64,000 bases of DNA. Source: Podarcis gaigeae. Its lineage: Eukaryota. The position numbers and the translations under genes were made by a program. The stretch is taken from assembly GCA_964106915.2 (NCBI GenBank), contig OZ066919.1; one strand, 5' to 3'. Below, in pieces: positions 59,335-64,000 of the stretch. The notes beneath the pieces are model-generated. The model saw only the letters and a list, made by a program, of their open reading frames with translations, made no database searches and had not been told where the DNA came from. Position 1 is the first letter of the stretch; each line of letters starts with the position of its first letter.

Positions 59335-59576
59335 AAGTGGTACCTTTGGTTACGTACTTAATTCGTTCTGGAGGTCCGTACTTAACCTGAAACTGTTCTT
59401 AACCTGAAGCACCACTTTAGCTAATGGGGCCTCCTGCTGCTGCCGCGCCGCTGGAGCACAATTTCTGTTCTTATCCTGAAGCAAAGTTCTTAACCTGAAG
59501 CACTATTTCTGGGTTAGCGGAGTCTGTAACCTGAAGTGTATGTAACCTGAAGCATATGTAACCTGAGGTACCACTG
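59335..59576 (-). mobile_element. Tc1/mariner-type MITE, family A copy 3 (inverted)
   Basis: ta-aagtggtacctttggttac ... gtaacctgaggtaccactg-ta; reverse complement of copy 2. Confidence 0.85.
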
Positions 59577-61569
59577 TAATATATATATTTGCATACCTAT
59601 GGAATGTCTGTATATGTCTGTATATGTAAAAACCGCTGCTTCATTTTTTGTTGGGTCAATTTTAGTCAAAATCAGTTGGTACCCAAACTCCTCATTATTG
59701 TCAGAGGGAAGAATTGGGATTGAATCCAAATAACTATGATTGGGTGTAGAAAATGTTTTAGTGTCACTCTTTGAACTTTTGCGTAAGTCAAGATTTCTTA
59801 TGTACAGTGTCACAGTGTGTCAGGGGTTTGATTACGATATGAGAAACACATTGAATAAGAAGCAAAGAAGGTGAAGCATAGACCATAAAAAGGTCTTGAG
59901 GTGAGCTTTCACATTGATAGGCAATATTAATTCTGTATTTACTATAGAATCTATCGTTGTTTCATTGTGTTACCATCAATAATAAACCTTGCTTATATCC
60001 AAGGTCTCTTAAACCTCATTGAAGCCAACAACATTTAAGCAACCTACGTAAATCCAAGAAGGATTGCTGGCCAAGAGTGAAATCCATTGTGCTGTGGAAT
60101 GTCTAAGGTTCCAGTGTCCACTAACACAGACAATTTTCTTCAGTTCCCCCTTTTCTCTGTGGCTACCTGCACCTTTGAAAACCTCAAGACTAGTGTGGAA
60201 GGCAGCATAGGACAGGGCTTCAGGTGGAAATGGATAAAATTACTTCCTTTTATCTTACTGCTGTGTGTCACAACTGGATCAAACACCGTTTTGCCAGTGG
60301 AACAACAGCATTGCATTCTCCCCCTATAGTTTTTATTATTACAGTTGCCCACTCTAGTTATTTGCACATTGTTCATGTGCACCAATGAAATTTTTCTGAT
60401 GATTTAGCCCCACATAACCAGTCTTTAGAAGGCTCTTTGTAACATCAAACATTATAAAAGTAAATGATTAATATGATAATCTAATAAAAATGGGTATTTT
60501 GAAATGCCATCATATAATTCTGATCCATAGTGCAAATAAAAGCTTGCATACAGCTGCGTTGTGTTTAAACTAAGGTCTGTAACTTCAACTTTTGATTTTA
60601 ATTAAACCTGGAGGGTAAGCAAATGCTCTTCACATAGTTATGTTCAGCTAAAAGTAAAGTTGGCATGATGGACCCCCCCCCCTTTTTTGCTTGCTATTAC
60701 CAGTACTCCAAGATAAATCTTTTTAATTGCAGTTGTATATAACACATGAGGAACTTTTCAAAAACCCTACCATTTTAGGCATTAATAGAGTTGGGGGGGT
60801 CTGTATTTTCATCAAAGATAAATACAAAACTCAATGAATATTAGTGATTTTGTAGGTATTCTTAAAATTTTCATTCTGGGAATAATTGCCTGATATGTTT
60901 ATGAAGTATATTAGTTCCTATGATAAAAGTGGGCTAATGAAGTCAAGGAATTATTTCAAAGTAGTGTGTGTTTGGTGTTACCATCTTCTAACTTTTCAGT
61001 AATAATCATCAAGAAGATGGATTGAGTGAACTAGTGCCACTGACAATAAGCTGAAACGATATTTGGTTATATGTTCCTTTCCTTGGTAGAATCCTGGCCT
61101 GATCCAGGGGTTGAAGAATATGGATTGCATTCCTAGTTCTCCCATCACTTCTGACCTGGTACTATGGTCCTTCCTGCTCACTTCATCCACCATATGCTGT
61201 AATTTGGATGATCATAGAGTGTATTCATCCCTTATTGTGTGACTTTCTAAACAAATAGAGCCTGCTGTGCAGTTCCCTAATGCACTGTGCTCAGGCATCA
61301 TTCACCAAGTGAGTGCTGAGGTAGGCTGAAAAGGACCAGTCAGTACAATCCAGTGACAGGTTGCCTAATGGGTGTCAGATGGGGGCATTTAAAGTGCTGC
61401 ATCATCAGATTTGCCCAGTAGACTCCCTTTCCCCCATCCCCAAAGCCATTTGTTTCATGCAACTGATACCTTAGCTTTTCTGAATGAAAGCAAACCTAAA
61501 AGGCAACAGTTGAGATTTTAAAAAATATTTAATTTGTTATCATTTTGGGTTGAAAAAAGTCACCTAGAC

Positions 61570-61705
61570 CAGTGTTTCCCAACCTTGTGCCTCCAGATGT
61601 TTTTGGCCTACAACTCCCATCATCCCTGACCACTGGTCTTGCTAGCTAGGGATGATGGGAGTTGTAGGCCAAAAACATCTGGAGGCACAAGGTTGGGAAA
61701 CACTG
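61570..61705. mobile_element. Young palindromic hAT-type MITE (perfect 58-bp arms)
   Basis: Arms 61570-61627 and 61648-61705 are exact reverse complements; perfect TSD acctagac (61562-61569, 61706-61713). Degenerate relatives at ~16449-16580, ~30195-30310, ~35033-35135, ~53756-53880 and ~59157-59265. Confidence 0.92.
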
Positions 61706-64000
61706 ACCTAGACTATTTAAAAATATACATATATGTGTAATGTTTACTCTGAAAATAATCAGCACGTCTTACATGAATATTATGTGACCTGTAGTCCTTT
61801 AAAATATAATTGTGGTCATTTAATTATGGTTGAAGAGAGCAGATAGGAGGATATCCTGCAGAACACATTAGCTATTACTCCAATATGCTAATCCTGTTAA
61901 CTTTGCTTTCCAGTTCTTAATTTTATTTTATATTCTGTATGTATGTTTGTATATAAAATATTTGTGGAATGATGTCAGAGGTCTGCTATGAAATTTGAAG
62001 TGAGGGCAATGATGGTTTGTGAGCTATAGCAGCAAGTGAGGGATCAATGTGTTCAGAGGGGCAGGGACTCAGGAGAGGGAAGGCTACAAATGTAACAGTT
62101 TTTATTATTTGCATATATGTAATGTACAAAAGAGAAGGGGGAGGGGTTGCCAGGCTTTATCAAACTGGTCAAAATGCAGCCCACATATTCTTTTTAAAAG
62201 AATATATTTGTGCATACACTCACAATAAATTGTAGAAAGATCACTAGGAGTCAGATCTTGAAAGACTGGATTGTCTTGATTAAAGAACAAGTCTTTAAAG
62301 ATGTTGCATACCCCTACTGGGTGGAAAACAATATACCTTAAAATGGGAAGAAAATTGTTACTCCCAAGTGCTTTCATGGTCACATAGCTATGATGACTGA
62401 GTTTATGCACGAATGGGTAGCACTTGATTATTGCAGAATCAAGTGATGACTTGCATGCGTGAACAATATGATATAATAAATATTTATTGCTTGTAGCCAT
62501 AGGCCATTGCATGCAATACACATAAAAAGCAAATGTCTACAACACAGACATAAAATATGAGTAATTACGTTACCCACTTCTCATTTAACATGCAGACATG
62601 TGTGAACAAGCCAACATAGTTCCCCTCTCATGTAGCATAGGAACCACGGTAGCATAGCACATTCCTGTGCTGCTGGGGTTACTTGAGAAGCCGTGGGCCA
62701 TGAGGAAGGAGCACACACTTTGTCCTTCTGACACTAGAACTGTTCCAGTTTCAGATTGAGGGAGGGAACAATCCACACTTTTAGGGGTGAGCCAACAAGT
62801 GGTGTGTTATGGAAGGATTTACATGCATACATACATTTGCTGAACTTATTCTTTCTAGAGGCATATTTGCCCAGGATTTTCACGTTTGTGCCTTAGTACG
62901 GTATTGGTCAACATTTCGAGGACCCAACTAAGTTTCTAAGTCCATTGTGGTACCAATAACGTGACCCACCTTAGATCAGGTTGATACCTAGTAATGGGTC
63001 TCAACTCACCACTTAAAGACTCAGTGGTTTATGGCTTGTGTGTGTGTGTTCAGATGACCTCATATACAAATTATGGGAGTTGTGTTCTTTTTTTGGAAGA
63101 CATACCTTTAAATGGGCTTCATATTCCTTAACTGAACTGGAATCACTCTTACTGATCGTTATACTATGTAATTTTTCTGTCTCCCACAAGCATTGCTTAT
63201 TTTCTCTCGTTCACACACTCCATTGTTTGGGTACTGTGCCATCCTGCCTTATCAAAATATTTTTCATTTTGGCATGTTAGAAAAGTGACAGCTGGGTCAG
63301 AGATGCAGACATGAATAGACATAAGGAAGGGCCAGGATCTGTGTGGTGAATAAACGCCTCTCCCAGGATCTGCTCCCTTTTGTTTCCTAATCTTTAGCAT
63401 AAAACTGCCATAACCATGTGCTCTGTCTGAGTGTGACCAGCCCCTTCCCCCAACCCGAGCAAAGACTGAAGTCTCTTCTTCTAAATAACCTTTTACGTTG
63501 CTGGACCTGCACCCTAAGAGTTCCATGCATTAGTCTGCCTTGGATCTCAGTGCTGCTATTTCCCAGTGTCTAGTTACAGATCTGTCTGTAATACTTATCT
63601 GTTCCTTTATTGTCTGTGTTGCTTAGCTCCCCTTAATCTCTGTCAGAATGCAAAAAATCTGTGTGTCCGGTTTCAGTGTCGCTCACAGTACTTTTAATAA
63701 CTTTGTGTTCCCTTTGATTTCAGTTATCAGAAACTGCACGGCTGGGTTTTCCTGTATCATGCTCAGTGGCAGGCTCATAATGGATTGTTCCTCCAAAGAG
63801 ATGATGCAGTAGCTGAATTTGCCTAGTTCTTCCAATCCTCTTCTCCCTGAATATCCTTTTTCATTTGTTTTTGTTTTGTTATTGGCCCTACAACTTCAGG
63901 AGATGCATTTTGTTCACTTGCTAATGGTTTGGACACACTGTCTCCTTGGTAGTTACAAATCTTGGTAGTTACAAAATTAACTATATACCAAATAAATCTG

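Overview
Vertebrate genomic DNA, very probably a lacertid lizard (it carries a Sauria SINE, a Bov-B/RTE 3' end, a Squam3-like SINE and squamate-type hAT/Tc1 MITEs). The only protein-coding gene I can support is the 5' end of NFIA (nuclear factor I A) on the + strand. Coding exon 1 (42706-42732) encodes MYSPLCLTQ, the 532-nt exon 2 (48554-49085) encodes the DNA-binding/dimerisation domain, and intron 2 runs off the right edge. About 42 kb of upstream sequence contains a distal CpG island (~20.6-21.6 kb), a broad CpG-rich, TE-poor promoter domain (~36-44 kb) and many nested transposon relics. All other ORF-track entries look spurious. I found no convincing novel gene system. The best leads concern NFIA regulation: (1) a candidate alternative first exon that contributes only an ATG (36931-36933); (2) three uORFs, including an ATG-TGA start-stop, in frame with the main CDS; (3) a candidate intronic polyadenylation site just after exon 2 that would give a DBD-only protein like NFI-B3; (4) dsRNA-forming MITE structures in intron 2. 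TE observations include two SINEs with the same tail but different tRNA heads, and a Bov-B insertion with a templated junction. Family names for repeats come from recalled consensus sequences, not from a database search.
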